A stretch of 64,000 nucleotides of DNA from Neophaeotheca triangularis (Eukaryota), in the NCBI GenBank assembly GCA_054600435.1, contig BAAIJX010000001.1:124001-188000 (forward strand), written 5' to 3'. The notes beneath the pieces were generated by a model. The model was not told where the DNA came from and searched no databases. It saw only the letters and a program-made list of their open reading frames with translations. Shown here piece by piece: positions 47,926 through 60,202 of this stretch. How positions within the stretch are numbered: the first letter of the stretch is position 1; each line of letters starts with the position of its first letter. The position numbers and the translations under genes were made by a program.

Positions 47926-47946
47926 GTGTGTGTGTGTGTGTGTGTG
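47926..47946. repeat. (GT)n microsatellite just upstream of the OHCU decarboxylase ATG
   Basis: gtgtgtgtgtgtgtgtgtgtg. Confidence 0.85.
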
Positions 47947-49222
47947 CCTGCGAGGTGTCATCACGTCGAGCAAGCCGAGCACTGAGCTTCGAGCTGCTCC
48001 ACGTTGCGATTCATGAGCTGCATAGTGGCCGCAACAATGCTTGATCGCTCTAACATTCGTCTCCTCATGGCTGCACAGCTTGCAGGATAATTTGCAGCAT
48101 GCATTTTCCTTGCCGCGAATGCCATGTTCCGCCACCGGAATTGGCTCGAACGAAGCTTTGGAGGAATAATATGTCGTGGATACAGGCAGCTTTATCCGGG
48201 AACCCGTGGACCTCAAGACAAACGGCTTCGTCGCTCCTTCGCGGTGAACCAAGATGTAACCGAAGATGCAGTCGGGAAGTACTTCCTACCTTAACGTGGC
48301 AATTGATAAACCCCTGGCACCCAAGCATCATCCTGGCGATGTCGACATGCGTTTCCTCAGAAGGGCTAGAACGATGGACAAGGGCAGAGATAGTGGAGAG
48401 CTTCAGATCTCGGAGAATACTAGTACTAACTATGTTAGCTTCCTAGCTGATCTCGCACTACTTATAGGTAAGAAATGAACAGTAGTACGTGCTATAACGA
48501 TAGTGAAAGAGAATAATGCCTCCGACACTCATGTCGACACGATGTTTCTACGTTGTACATGACGAATCTACTAAATCTACATGTAAGTACACCTAGTAGT
48601 AGTACCTCCAGGGCTATATGTACATATAATAATAACTAGGAGACGGCAGTAGTACCAGGTAGTGTGTAAAAGTTAGATTGAGGAGCCGAGGATGCCGAGC
48701 CTGGTCTCAGAGTGAGGTGGCTGCAGGATGGAAGAGAGTTATATAAGGTTACACTAGCATGCATGTACTACTAGGTATGTATGCAACCTTAGGTTGTGGG
48801 AGGGCTACGGAGGGCGTCAGTAGTGGTAGTAGTAGTGGTAGTGGCTGTCTTCTGTCTTCTGTACCTCCCCCAGTGTCCCCTCTTCAGGTTGTCTCCTATC
48901 AATCTTACGTACCACTGCGTCCATACCTAACTTGACTTATTACATACCTTACTACATTACCTACCTACCTACCTGCCTACCATATCATATCACTCGTTTA
49001 TTTTATCCTTTCTGCCTCTCTTGCCTCCCTCACTCCCTCGCTCCTTCCTCTCGCTCTCTCCCCTCCAAATAACCGGCCGTCGGTACCTCCTACTTTCCAT
49101 CGCGATGCGCCGAGTCACCCCATGGATCACGAGGAGCCACTGAACGTTTGACGTTGCTCGACCAGACGAGACTCAAACAGCCTCGCCTTTACGCGACTCC
49201 ACGCTTCACCGGCCGAGGGAGC

Positions 49223-52200
49223 ATGTCGCTGAACGGGCTAGACGAACCGACGATTCAGGAGGCATACCAACAATCAATTGCCGAAGCGGGAGGATGGTCA
49301 GTCACTACGTCGCAACATGCGCAAAAGCGTCCGAGTACCTTGCTAAGGCTCATATAACAGGTTCCTATTGAAATATGTGTCGCGCGACTCTGTAGAACTT
49401 CATGGGAAAGGCAAGGGGGGCGTGCACGAGGCGCGGAATGCCATTGCCAAGTATGAGGAAGCCTCCCCTTTATACGGCCTCATCGTGTATCGGCGGCGGA
49501 AGATTCTGATCAAATACATCCCTGAGAGTACTTCACGCCTTTTGCAAGGTAGGGCAAAATGTTCAGCTAGCGACCAGGAAGTTCAGCGAGGCTAACAACC
49601 CACGAGCACGCACGGCTGTACATTTCCACGACGTTGTAGAGCGCTACTCGCCTTTCGAAAATCTGCTCGAAATCGCGACCGCCGACGACCTAAACGATAC
49701 CTCTCTGGCCGCCTCGTTTCCCCTCCATACCGCCTCACCTTCTACTTCATCTAGTCGGCTCCAGCTCCATGAGATTAGCGAGGATGGAGAAGATACCGGT
49801 CCGCCTAAACGACCGACAAGCATACGAGCAAACACCGGCTCAATCTTTGGCACGCAGCGATACAAGATGGAACGCCGAGTAGACCAGATCATGCGATCAG
49901 ACTCTCCAGCAAGAACCCCTACACCCTCAATACGATTTAGTACCGATGGCTCTTCTCTATCCGCTCCACCTGGCTCTCCACCCACCCCTAAAGCCTCATC
50001 AAACTCTGGACGACATCCAACTATGGACTTCGGTCTTCGGCACTTAAACTCATCGAGTGAAGAGAAGGCACAGTCGGATGAAGTGGAGACGGAGGGCGTG
50101 GTCGGAAAAGACGACAAGACGAGCATTGCGGCGTCAGCAGATGGAGAACCAACTTCAGAAACACCCTCACCCTCAAAAGCGGAAGTCCCGGTCCAGGAGG
50201 CTGCTGAAAAGTCAGCGGAGGTGGAGGCCGACCCAGGCAAATCTACTGTCAAAACAGATGCGACAGAACGGTCAGTGCAGCGCAACAGCATCTCTGAAAC
50301 CCGAAGCCTTTCTGAACGACCAAAGTTTGATTACGACGAACCCTACGACTTCAGCAAATTCGATGCGCTTAAGCCGAAGGTCAAGCTCGGTCCAAGACCT
50401 GTGGCTGCTGGGGAAAGAGCGAAAGCGAGCGTCGCGACTCTTCCCATCAATCACAGACCTATTTCGAAGAAGCAAGAACAGTCAAGGCATAGATCGCAAG
50501 GGCCAATGAACTTGCCGGCTCCCGCATCCGCGCCTACCTTTGTACCGCCGCCCGTCCCAGAGACACCCGAGTACAGTCCGAGACCGGTGTTCAAGGGCGG
50601 CAGCATCAAGTCTTTGCCCTCTTTCAAATCCTCCACCATGAAGCCAGATAAAGCGAGGTTGATGAAGGCGGTCGAATTGCAGAAGCGGAAGCAACGAAAA
50701 TCTGGTACTCGCGAGCCGGCTTCTGACCACGCAGTTGAGACTCAGGCAGCGACGGAAGCGTCAGAAAACGCGCGAACAGGATCCAGTCAGGACGAAGACC
50801 GCCCACAGGATCTAGTCAAAGCGATACCTCCCGAACAAGCCTCCGACCAAAGAGCGGCTAGCGAACTCGCGCCCTGGCCTCGAGACGACCATTTGAAAGA
50901 AGAAGATGGGCAATTGCAGACCAAAAAGCCGGACTCTGGTATTTTAATGGAGTATCAACGATCAGAACAAGGTGGGTCTGCAGCTGGTAAGAACGACAGC
51001 AAAGTTGGCGAGGTGCACGCGCAACGGGAGCCGGAGGCATTGTGCTCTTCTACTCGTTTATCTGAGACGAGCGGGGTGTCGGCCTTTCATGAGGGCGCGG
51101 ACCCCGAACCGTCGGAGGACACAAAAAGAGAAAAGATGGATGGCCCTGTTTCCGAGCCAGTGCAGCCAAAGGAGACTGAGATCGACGAAAGACTGGGACC
51201 TCACGCCATACTCGAAAGTCGGAGCGAAACGGTTCCAGTACCAGATAGCAATCGAAACGCACCAGAGACATCTCCGACCGGCATTGATGAAGTTGGTGCT
51301 TCAGAGGATCAAATATCACCACTTGCAGACGATGCTGACGCGCTTTCGCCGTCTGGAACTGTATCGCCAGTAGCGGAAGACATGGCAGCGCAGTCGTTGA
51401 GGATTAGCCACCACAATGTCACTACGGCGAAGAAGCGGCGCGGAATAGTTGCTCCAATACAGGTGGACGAAAGCAATGACAGTCTCGCGGACGACGAATT
51501 CGCAGACGAAATGCAGGAGGCCACCGTGCACGATGCGAAGCCAATGACTGTTGCCAAATCGCCCATCGCAGAAGTCTACCGGAGACGACCAAGCGCAATG
51601 TCAGGAGGTTCGACACAGTCCGTTCGGTCCAACCAAGACGCGCATGGACACAACGTCCCCTCGTCGATGCACGTCGATCGATTCTACAGTAGTCCCGACA
51701 ACCTCACGCCTGGTGCAGCGTCACTTCCAACCTCGCGTACACCTTCGTTCTCAGCTAGTCAGGGCGATTCACCGAATGCTGAGCGCGGCGATCTGATTGC
51801 CGGACGCAAGCGAAATGTCTCTTCTGGCATTACGAAGCGCATTCAGGCTCTCGCGGAACACTCTAGCAGAGACCCTAGCCCAACTAATCGGCCAAGCCCC
51901 TCGGCAGTGCCCTCTCCTGACCCTCCCAATGGCACGGTAGGTGATCGAAAGGCGTCGATCAGAGACCAGCCGCGTCCCAGAAGCAGCTATTTCTTTAGGA
52001 AAAAGACCGAAAAGTACGGACCTATCGCGCCTCTGGAGGCAACTGCTGGTGCGCCAATGTCTAGCACGCCTGTGTGGAATGTTCAGCACAATGATGTGAG
52101 CGACCGTAATTCCGTCTCCGTGACGGCGAGAATTGTCCGACCTCAGTCTCGCAATAAGACCAACGCGCTCCCTGAAGGGGAGCTGCGACATTCCGACATC

Positions 52201-53047
52201 CTTGTCAATCACAAGCGGACGACGAATTCGCCCAAGAAAGCCGAAGAGTGGCAATCAGTCGACACGAACGTACCTGTTGCATCACCCAAGTCGGAAGTTC
52301 CGCTAGCTAGCCAAACGCCTTCTTCGCCCACAATCACCCGTCCTTCTGGATCGAGTATCAGGCACCTTCATTCGGCTAGCCGACTCTCATTTGGACGTCA
52401 CAAAGCGTCGCCCGTCCAGGAAGACGTTCCGCAAACTCCGGCATTGCCCAATACCTCGTCATCCAATTCTATCTTCTCAAACGACGAGAACGCTGCTCCT
52501 AAGGAGGGTAGCAGGACCAGCCGCTTCTTCAAGCGAATGAGCAACATAGGCGGAGGCAGCAAGCGCAAAAGCATTTCGCAGCAGTCTATGATTAGCAGTG
52601 TGAGCGTCGCGGGGACGGACGATGCTCGACCAGTGGCAGCTGGTAAGGAACAAAACGACAAGCCCCCCGCAGTCGTTGTTGGGGATCTAAACATTCAGTT
52701 CCCTGACAGCTTGGTGAGTCAGCAGCCTCCAGTAGTACCACGTTGAACACTCACTAACACGTATCTAGCTCTGGAAACGCCGATGGGTCAAAATCGACGA
52801 AGCCGGCTATCTCATCTTCTCGATCCCCCAAGCTATGGATCACCAGCGCGGCCTCTCAAAGAGGTTCCACCTCTCAGACTTCCAAGCCCCATACGTCCCT
52901 GACTTGGACCGCCAAGAGCTGTCCCACAGCATCCTGCTCGACTTCTCCGACGGCACAACCCTGCAAGTTGCTTGCGAGGACTCGTCGACGCATCGGCAGG
53001 CCCTGCAACTGTTGCGGACTTACCACAAAGTGTGGCAAGCATCCTGA
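49223..53047 (+). CDS. large protein with N-terminal ADF-H-like domain, disordered middle and C-terminal PH-like domain; exons 49223-49296, 49361-49548, 49607-52713, 52769-53047
   Basis: MSLNGL..GGWFLLKYVSRD..YRRRKILIKYIPE (ADF-H-like); LNIQFPDSL|LWKRRWVKID..GYL..ILLDF..LQVACE (PH-like). Confidence 0.8.
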
Positions 53048-53918
53048 ATACCCCTGTTGGCTGCGGCTGACTTTACGACTAATCTTTTGTCCCCTTTGTT
53101 TATCCCACACCACACACACTACACGAGCTTTTACCACAGAGGCTCACAGCACACATACACATAACAGCGCCTCACCCGGGCCGGCGTTCTTACTACTTAC
53201 ATCACGGGCTGGGCGTTTGCATAGGGAAGCAATGGGGCTCGCCGGCGTTGACGCGGTTTCAGGTTCTTTTCTCAATTATAATACCCCCTGATGCGCATGT
53301 AGACGTTGAGGAGGGAGGGGGAGAGGAAGTTAGATTACAAAGAACTGGTTGATTCAAGTACGAATGTATAGTGGTTATACCTTGAATCGTGAAGATGTGT
53401 GTTGTATCGCCCCATCGTTTGAGTGATAATTGAGGTTTGCTAGGAATGATGTGATTGTTCCGGCTTGATGAGCCGGACGCACTATTCGATATTCTCATGG
53501 ATTGATCCGACGAAACCAGAATACGCTAGCAAAACCCATGGAGCCTTGGTCATGTCGTCTTGCCGGTCAACTTCGATTTAATACTGTATCTTGCAAAGAG
53601 ACACCCAAACGCCAACCCTAATAAGGTACCTAGCGTCTTGATTGGCTAGGAATGGAGAAGGCTAGTGGAAGCTCGACCTTCAATGCTCAGACCCCCCAAC
53701 GTCGGATACACGGTACCTTACCTATCTGAGACGCCTTGTCGTCCACTTGCGAAGACTGGGCGATCCGTACGACAAAAATGTCATTCAACGAGCAGTGAAC
53801 CAATTCTAGCCAGGAGCCAATGGACTAGCCCAGAAGGTCCCCTCGAAAGGCACCTAACGCGGTAGAAGAAAGAGCCAGCATTACAACCTGAAGGACCACC
53901 CTCCCAACGCCCACAACA

Positions 53919-54620
53919 ATGTCGCTCTCAAACAACACCACCTCCCCACCTCCCCCTTCCAAGCCCCAATCAACACACATCCCCCTCCCAGCGAGCAAAC
54001 CCTTCGTCCCATCCCTGCGCCACCCAACCTCTCGCCGCAACATCTACGACCGCAACCTCGCGCGCACACGCAACGCCGAAATCTCCCTCGCCAGCTTCGC
54101 CCACCTCTTCAACACGCTAATCGAATACCACCACTCGCGCTCCCCCTCGGTCTCAGAATTAGAAAACCGCCTCAATCGCGCCGGCTACCCGATCGGGCTC
54201 AAGATGCTCGACCTCATCCTGCTGCGGCAGGCCAATGGCAAGACACCCACGCGGCCCACGCGGTTGCTGGAATTGCTGCAGTTTATACACGGTGTCGTGT
54301 GGCGGTCGCTGTTTGGACGGGCGGCGGATGCGCTCGAGCAGAGCACGGATAAGAAGAACGAGTATATGATTTTTGATAATGAGCCGGTTGTTAATACGTA
54401 TGTGAGCGTGCCCAAGGAGATGAGCAGTTTGAATTGCGCGGCTTTTGTTGCCGGGCTCGTGGAGGGTATTTGCGATGCCGCCGGCTTTGCGACCGAGGGG
54501 GTTAGTGCGCATTCTGCGGGGGAGGGGGATGAGATGTGGCCTGGGAAGACGATTTTCTTGATTAGGTTTCGGGAGGCGGTTGGGGAGAGGGAGGAGGGGT
54601 TGAAGGCTGGGGGTGGTTGA
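53919..54620 (+). CDS. TRS31: TRAPP complex subunit Trs31
   Basis: IYDRNL..SLASFAHLF..LENRLNRAGYPIG..ADALEQS..EYMIFDNEP..SLNCAAFVAG. Confidence 0.93.
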   Translation: MSLSNNTTSPPPPSKPQSTHIPLPASKPFVPSLRHPTSRRNIYDRNLARTRNAEISLASFAHLFNTLIEYHHSRSPSVSELENRLNRAGYPIGLKMLDLILLRQANGKTPTRPTRLLELLQFIHGVVWRSLFGRAADALEQSTDKKNEYMIFDNEPVVNTYVSVPKEMSSLNCAAFVAGLVEGICDAAGFATEGVSAHSAGEGDEMWPGKTIFLIRFREAVGEREEGLKAGGG

Positions 54621-54700
54621 GGGGTCGATGGGGGAGTTGAGTTTGGGTGAGAGGTAGTACATGGTTCTATGGTATGGGGCTTATGGCGGGATTACAGGGC

Positions 54701-56074
54701 TCAGGCGACCACTCCGATGGGTACGCTTGGGGGCAGCACTGCTCTCGACCAACCACCAGATTCAGTATCTTGTTGCATCGAGTCCGTCGAGGTATCGTCC
54801 GAATCTTCCACGCTCGCCTCGCGACCTTGTGGCCTTGGCGCGTCGGTAGCGGACCCAGCCTCTCGCAACTTGCTGGCAGCGAATATGTCTCCCCAGACCT
54901 CACGAAATGCGACATCGGCCCCGTCCAACACCCGCTGGCCGAGCTCCTGCGAAGTACCGCCAGGGTACAAACAGCAGTGCTTCATTGCGCGTGAGCTCCA
55001 TTGGTATGCTCTTTCCTGCGAATGCTGCTGTTCGATCAAGTGATATACCCACCAACAGAACGCCATCCTAGCGCCGTCGGTTGCAGGGAATTGCTCGCTG
55101 GACGCAACGAGCAGCGCTTGAATCAAAATGCCAGCAAAGCCTTGCAGCCTCTCGAGCAGTTCGAAAATGAGACCATCCCAAACAAGGAAGGCACCGTTGA
55201 TGGGTTGAGCACTGCGGATAGTTAGCGAATGGCGGTAAAAAGATATCCTCGATGTAAATACGTACTCAGGATCCGAGGGTAGCATTAGTCGATCATCAAC
55301 CAGAACACTCACCAAAGCCTCCACCTTCCCCTTCCCACCCTCGCAAAGCTCAACACAGCTCTGCACCGCCTTCTCTCGCTCCTCCACATGCGCCTGCTTG
55401 CCAGCAGTCTTGGTGCTCAGCGCTCTAACCCTCGCGCTCCTCCAACCCTTAAGCACCCTCCTCGCCTCATCCCGCAAACCACTCAAGTCCACCGCATCTC
55501 CCTCCCTCTCCACCCCCTGCTCACCCTCAAGCCCCACCCAATAAACCGCCCACAACCACGCCAACGCCCTCTCCGTCGCCACCACCAACCGCCGCAGTCC
55601 GGGCAACTCCTCGTGCGTCGCCTCGTGCCGCAGCGCCACAAACTCCTCCGGCATGCCTATCTGCTGCGCGATCTTCAGCATGCTGCTCGGCTCCAGGGAG
55701 CGCTCCTTGTGGCGTCCGATATCGCAAAAACCGGTTACGAAACGAGTGAAAGCGGCCGTGTACACTGCGCGGATGCTGAAATCGGAAGCTTGCAGGGAGG
55801 AGGCGGAGGTGGTGGTGGTGGCGGGTGTTGTCGTTGTCGTTGTCGTTTTCGGTGGTGTTGATGGTGCCTGGAGCGTGTGAGCGTGGTGTAGTTGGGCTTC
55901 TAGTAGGAGTGCCGTGCTCTCGACGGCGTGGGGAAGGTTGCCGCGGAGTTTCCAGGCTTGGATTCGGGCAATGGCGTGGCGCTGGTCGGAAGGGGTTGGG
56001 GGTTGGAAGAGTTGGTCGCGGACTTGGAGGAGATCAGAATGGGTGCGCCAGGGGGTTATTATGTAGCGGGACAT
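54701..56074 (-). CDS. LAS1: Las1 HEPN endoribonuclease (ITS2 processing); probable intron 55265-55212
   Basis: TPWR; AWKLRGNLPHAVESTA; AFTRFVTGFCD; FVALRHEATHEELP (HEPN R-x4-H); ALAWLWAVYW. Confidence 0.92.
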   Translation of the reverse strand: MSRYIITPWRTHSDLLQVRDQLFQPPTPSDQRHAIARIQAWKLRGNLPHAVESTALLLEAQLHHAHTLQAPSTPPKTTTTTTTPATTTTSASSLQASDFSIRAVYTAAFTRFVTGFCDIGRHKERSLEPSSMLKIAQQIGMPEEFVALRHEATHEELPGLRRLVVATERALAWLWAVYWVGLEGEQGVEREGDAVDLSGLRDEARRVLKGWRSARVRALSTKTAGKQAHVEEREKAVQSCVELCEGGKGKVEALVSVLVDDRLMLPSDPEYVFTSRISFYRHSLTIRSAQPINGAFLVWDGLIFELLERLQGFAGILIQALLVASSEQFPATDGARMAFCWWVYHLIEQQHSQERAYQWSSRAMKHCCLYPGGTSQELGQRVLDGADVAFREVWGDIFAASKLREAGSATDAPRPQGREASVEDSDDTSTDSMQQDTESGGWSRAVLPPSVPIGVVA

Positions 56075-56572
56075 TCTTGGCTAGGGTTGTTATATGTTTC
56101 TAAGAAGACAAGGTTGTCTTGGAAAAGGTTTTCTGTACGACCTGCTGGACTAAGGGTAAGGAGGTTTTGGATTGCCAGTCTAGCTTAATATAGTGGTAGG
56201 AAAGCAACACCGGTGATTTCGAAGTCTGGTCAATTTGCCCGGTCAATCTTCACCTCGTGGTGGAATGGTAGAAGAAGATGGTTTACCGAAGAGATTGTAT
56301 AGAAAAGCTCGGAGTATCTGGTGAAGATACCTAGTTCTAAATTAGTAGCGCGTAGACAAGCATTTCTACCCCAGACGCCACGCTGCACGTTAGTGCGGGT
56401 CTGCTAAACCACCGAGAACCACCTCACCTAAGCTACCTACTACCTACCTTAGCTAGCGTGACGCGGCCGTCATCATTGGCGCGCAATTCGGGTTCTCGAC
56501 ATCACATCACTCCAAGTTCCGTCTCCTGCAACCCCAAGTTAGTCCAACACCAGCCGCTGAGATAGAACCAAC

Positions 56573-58223
56573 ATGCCTGTGCAGGGTTCCAATGGAGCCG
56601 AGGCGGCAGAGCATGACATGTCACATCCGGAAGGCCATGCCCAAGCTGCTGGCACCTATGAATACGAGGTAGGGACTGCGCTACATCCATTGCGCCACTT
56701 CGAATCTGTACTTACCTTTTGTTTGATCAACAGGGCCATGAAGATACAGACGATGAGGGAATCCATCAGCAGCTAGAGGTCATCTTCGACAAGGGGAGCC
56801 AGAACCGACGAAAGGCATCGCTGTCAGCTTCCGACTCTAAGAGACCGGGTGCCTCACGCCAGCGGACGTCGTGTTTTGTGCACACATTACTTGAAGGTGT
56901 CCACAAAAGTAAACAATCCGTCACCCCATCCGCAGAAGGTCTTACCCAGGGCAAGCCTACCGACAAGGACAGCGGCGGGCCACCAGACGGTATCGAGAGG
57001 CACACCCAGAGCCGCCTTCTAACCAAGAAGCAGCTTTCAGACATGGCATTTGGTATTCGGGAGTTGAGCAAAAAGTTGGGTCACATACGACTGATGCTCA
57101 AAGTCCGCAACGTCTTCCTTCTCACCAAAGTTCACGACAAACATCTTATTGGCCTGACCAGGAAAGTCACTGAGTGGTTGCTTTCGCAGACCAACCGAGA
57201 AGGCGAGAAGTACATTGTGTGGGTCGAAGACACTATGGAGAAAAGCCCAGTCTTCGACGCAGACAGAATTACAGGCCAGGACCCTAATTACAAGGAACGC
57301 TTATGCTACTGGAACACAGAGCTCTGCAGGCGCAAGCCACACACGTTCGAGATTTGCGTAGCTCTTGGAGGTGATGGTACCGTTTTGTACTCCTCTTGGC
57401 TCTTTCAGAGGATTGTGCCTCCCGTCATGAGCTTCGCTCTTGGTTCTCTAGGTTTCCTGACCAAATTCGACTTCGACAAATACCCTGAGATTCTGACACG
57501 GGCCTTCAACGAAGGTGTCACCGTATCCCTGCGACTCCGATTTGAGGCGACTATCATGCGTAGTCAGGAACGAGACGGCAGGGAGGGCTCTGAACGGGAT
57601 CTCGTTGACGAGCTCATTGGCGACGATGCGGACGACATCGGCACTCACAAGCCGGAACGCTCGCACAACATCCTCAACGATGTTGTTCTTGACCGTGGAC
57701 CTAACCCCACAATGAGCAGTATCGAGATTTTTGGTGATGAAGAGCATTTCACTACGGTGCAAGCTGACGGGATCTGCGTCGCTACGCCCACTGGCTCAAC
57801 GGCGTACAACCTTGCTGCTGGAGGTAGCTTGTGTCACCCGGACAACCCTGTAATCTTGGTCACTGCCATCAGCCCGCACACACTGAGCTTCCGGCCTATC
57901 ATCCTACCCGACACTATTGTTCTGAGAATCGGAGTGCCCTACGATGCTCGTGCCAGTTCGTGGGCGAGCTTTGACGGCAAGGAGAGGTAGGCCTGCTCTC
58001 TCTTACATCCCACTTTACATGCACTAATTTCCAATCTCGCAGGACCGAACTCAAACCCGGTGACTACGTGACAGTATCGGCGTCTCGCTATCCATTCCCC
58101 TCAGTGCTCCCTCTAGACCGACGAAGCGAGGACTGGGTTGACAGCATCTCTCGAACCCTGCACTGGAACAATAGACAGCGGCAAAAAGCTTTCAACGACG
58201 AACAGAAGAACGGAGAAAGCTAG
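56573..58223 (+). CDS. ATP-NAD(H) kinase (Utr1/Yef1-like); exons 56573-56668, 56734-57986, 58043-58223
   Basis: LGGDGTVL; GSLGFLT; ILNDVV; QADG..TPTGSTAY; PHTLSFRP; SFDGKER. Confidence 0.93.
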
Positions 58224-59339
58224 GAGATCGGTGGTCAATTTGTACAAAGTAGTCTTGAACCCCGGCATAGCGCGTTAGCGCCATAGTGGCTGACCTTTTA
58301 GCACAGGCTGCCGAGACTCACGCCGCTCATGATTGATGAAACTTGCATACGCTGGGAGTTGGTAGCATAGTATATCCGGTATGATGTGCCCTTCGTATAA
58401 TGACTGGGCTTGAGATAACCATTGTTTACTACAGTGCGATCTTCTCATATACGACTAATGTGCCAGATCCCTGGTGCCTTGTGTCTTCTCTATTCTGATC
58501 CTTACTAACCTGCATCTGGGTAGACTGCCGTTCGTGATTCCCTTGCTCGCTGGATCGCTTGCGCCGCGTTTGGGCGGGCCGCTCAGTGCAGGAAGAATAG
58601 GTAGGTTTGCTGCAGTTCCCAAGTCGCGGCTTCAGGTTGCCGTCGTTTTGCCAATTAGGTAGGTCATCATCCCGAACCGTCCGTTTTTATTCCAACCCTC
58701 TTGCTGTGGGGTTTCCTGTGCCCAAGCCCCCTACTTGTAAGACGGCCACATCGTTAACCCGTCTCGTGCAATGCAGGGGACCTCTTCTTGCGCACTCTCC
58801 TGAGCCAGCGAAAGGCGCGGTGGCAAGGGCGCGGTCGGTACCATGATGAGACGAAGAGGTGACCTCCCGCCGTGAATTCACTCCTGTGCTATCGTCTGTG
58901 AACCCTTCTGGAGTGAGCATGAGCCAGAGGTCTGCAAAGCGATGCATGCTGAAAGTAAGAGCGCCGCATTCGCGGGGATCCCCATCCGATCAAGGTTCTT
59001 TCGGAGGTAGTGGATGTAGAGGCAGGGCTGGCTCAATAGCCTAAAGGTATGTACCCAGTCGTCCGTGTTCGAATATATCATAAAGCGCTAATACCATGCG
59101 CGCATTGTCAGGGGCTTAGCTGCTCGCAGCCTCGTTCTCACTGCCGAAGTGCTGCCTGAGGTCACTTGGGGTCTTTTGACATCAAGCTCTTTCTCTCTTG
59201 GCCGCAACGCAAACCTCTCTCATTCACTACAAACTCGCTCACCGTACCACTTGCTGCCATCCAACTATTCTTCTACTTACCTACCTACCCACACGGTGAC
59301 ATTGCTACTTTTCATCACCATCACAGCTATCATTCCACA

Positions 59340-60202
59340 ATGCATTCCTTCTTCGTAGTGGCCATTGCCCTCTGGGCCCTCTTCACCGCGGTGAAGGCTT
59401 CTGCATTGTCAAGGCTGCCTCTCTCTACAGACCACCACACTCACGTTCAACGCACCGAGCCCGAGATTGTCATTGACAAGAACGTTGCGGCCGAGCGCAC
59501 CACCACCAGGACCTCCTACGAGGATGTCAACGCCTACCTGAGTGGTGTTTGCTTCCCTGCCGACGAAGCCACGGGTGAAGTCAACTACGATGCTCCTTGC
59601 AACGCCATGAATGTTCTTGCGCTGCAATGCATTCACGGGCCTGCGATTGTGGACTTTGCGGACAATACGAAGCTGAGGGTCACGAATATTACCAGTACTT
59701 CAACAACATGCTGGGCTGCTCGACCTGCATGTTCGCTCACGGCGGCACTGAAGCCTACGACGTCGTTCCAATCTCCTTCATCCAGTCTCTCAGCCGCGAC
59801 TACTGCCTCGCGAGCAACACACCCACGGCAGCTATGGTCGACATACTGGACTCCTACGCGCCCGCATCGACGCCGCAGTCCATCCTCACTGCTCCCGCTT
59901 CGCTGTCAACCTTTTCCGATCCCATCGGCAGCCTCACGGAGGTCGCCATCTACTGGACTCCAGAGGTCACAGGAACGGCGAGGTACCTCGTCGACTTCCT
60001 TGGCAACGGCACCGCCTCCTTTTCGGCGCCGTTGAAGACGAATTGGGCTGGCATGATCGTGCCGACTGTGGGTTCTGGCTCGTTCGACCAGAGCGCCGTC
60101 ACACCAACGCCGACTGTGCTGGATTCTGGTGCTGGGGTCGTAGGTGGCAGTGGGGTTCTTGTTGTTGCGGTTGTGCTCGCGGCCGTCATGGAATTTTGGT
60201 GA
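59340..60202 (+). pseudogene. secreted Cys-containing, GPI-anchor-type protein with apparent frameshift near 59660-59690
   Basis: Signal peptide and CFP..APCN..QC in one frame; LGCSTC..HGG..YC, S/T-rich stalk and hydrophobic C-terminus (SGAG..VLVVAVVLAAV) in another. Confidence 0.55.

Noticed and set aside
53612..53622. CAACCCTAA telomere-like word
   Set aside because: Single copy in a short spacer; expected by chance
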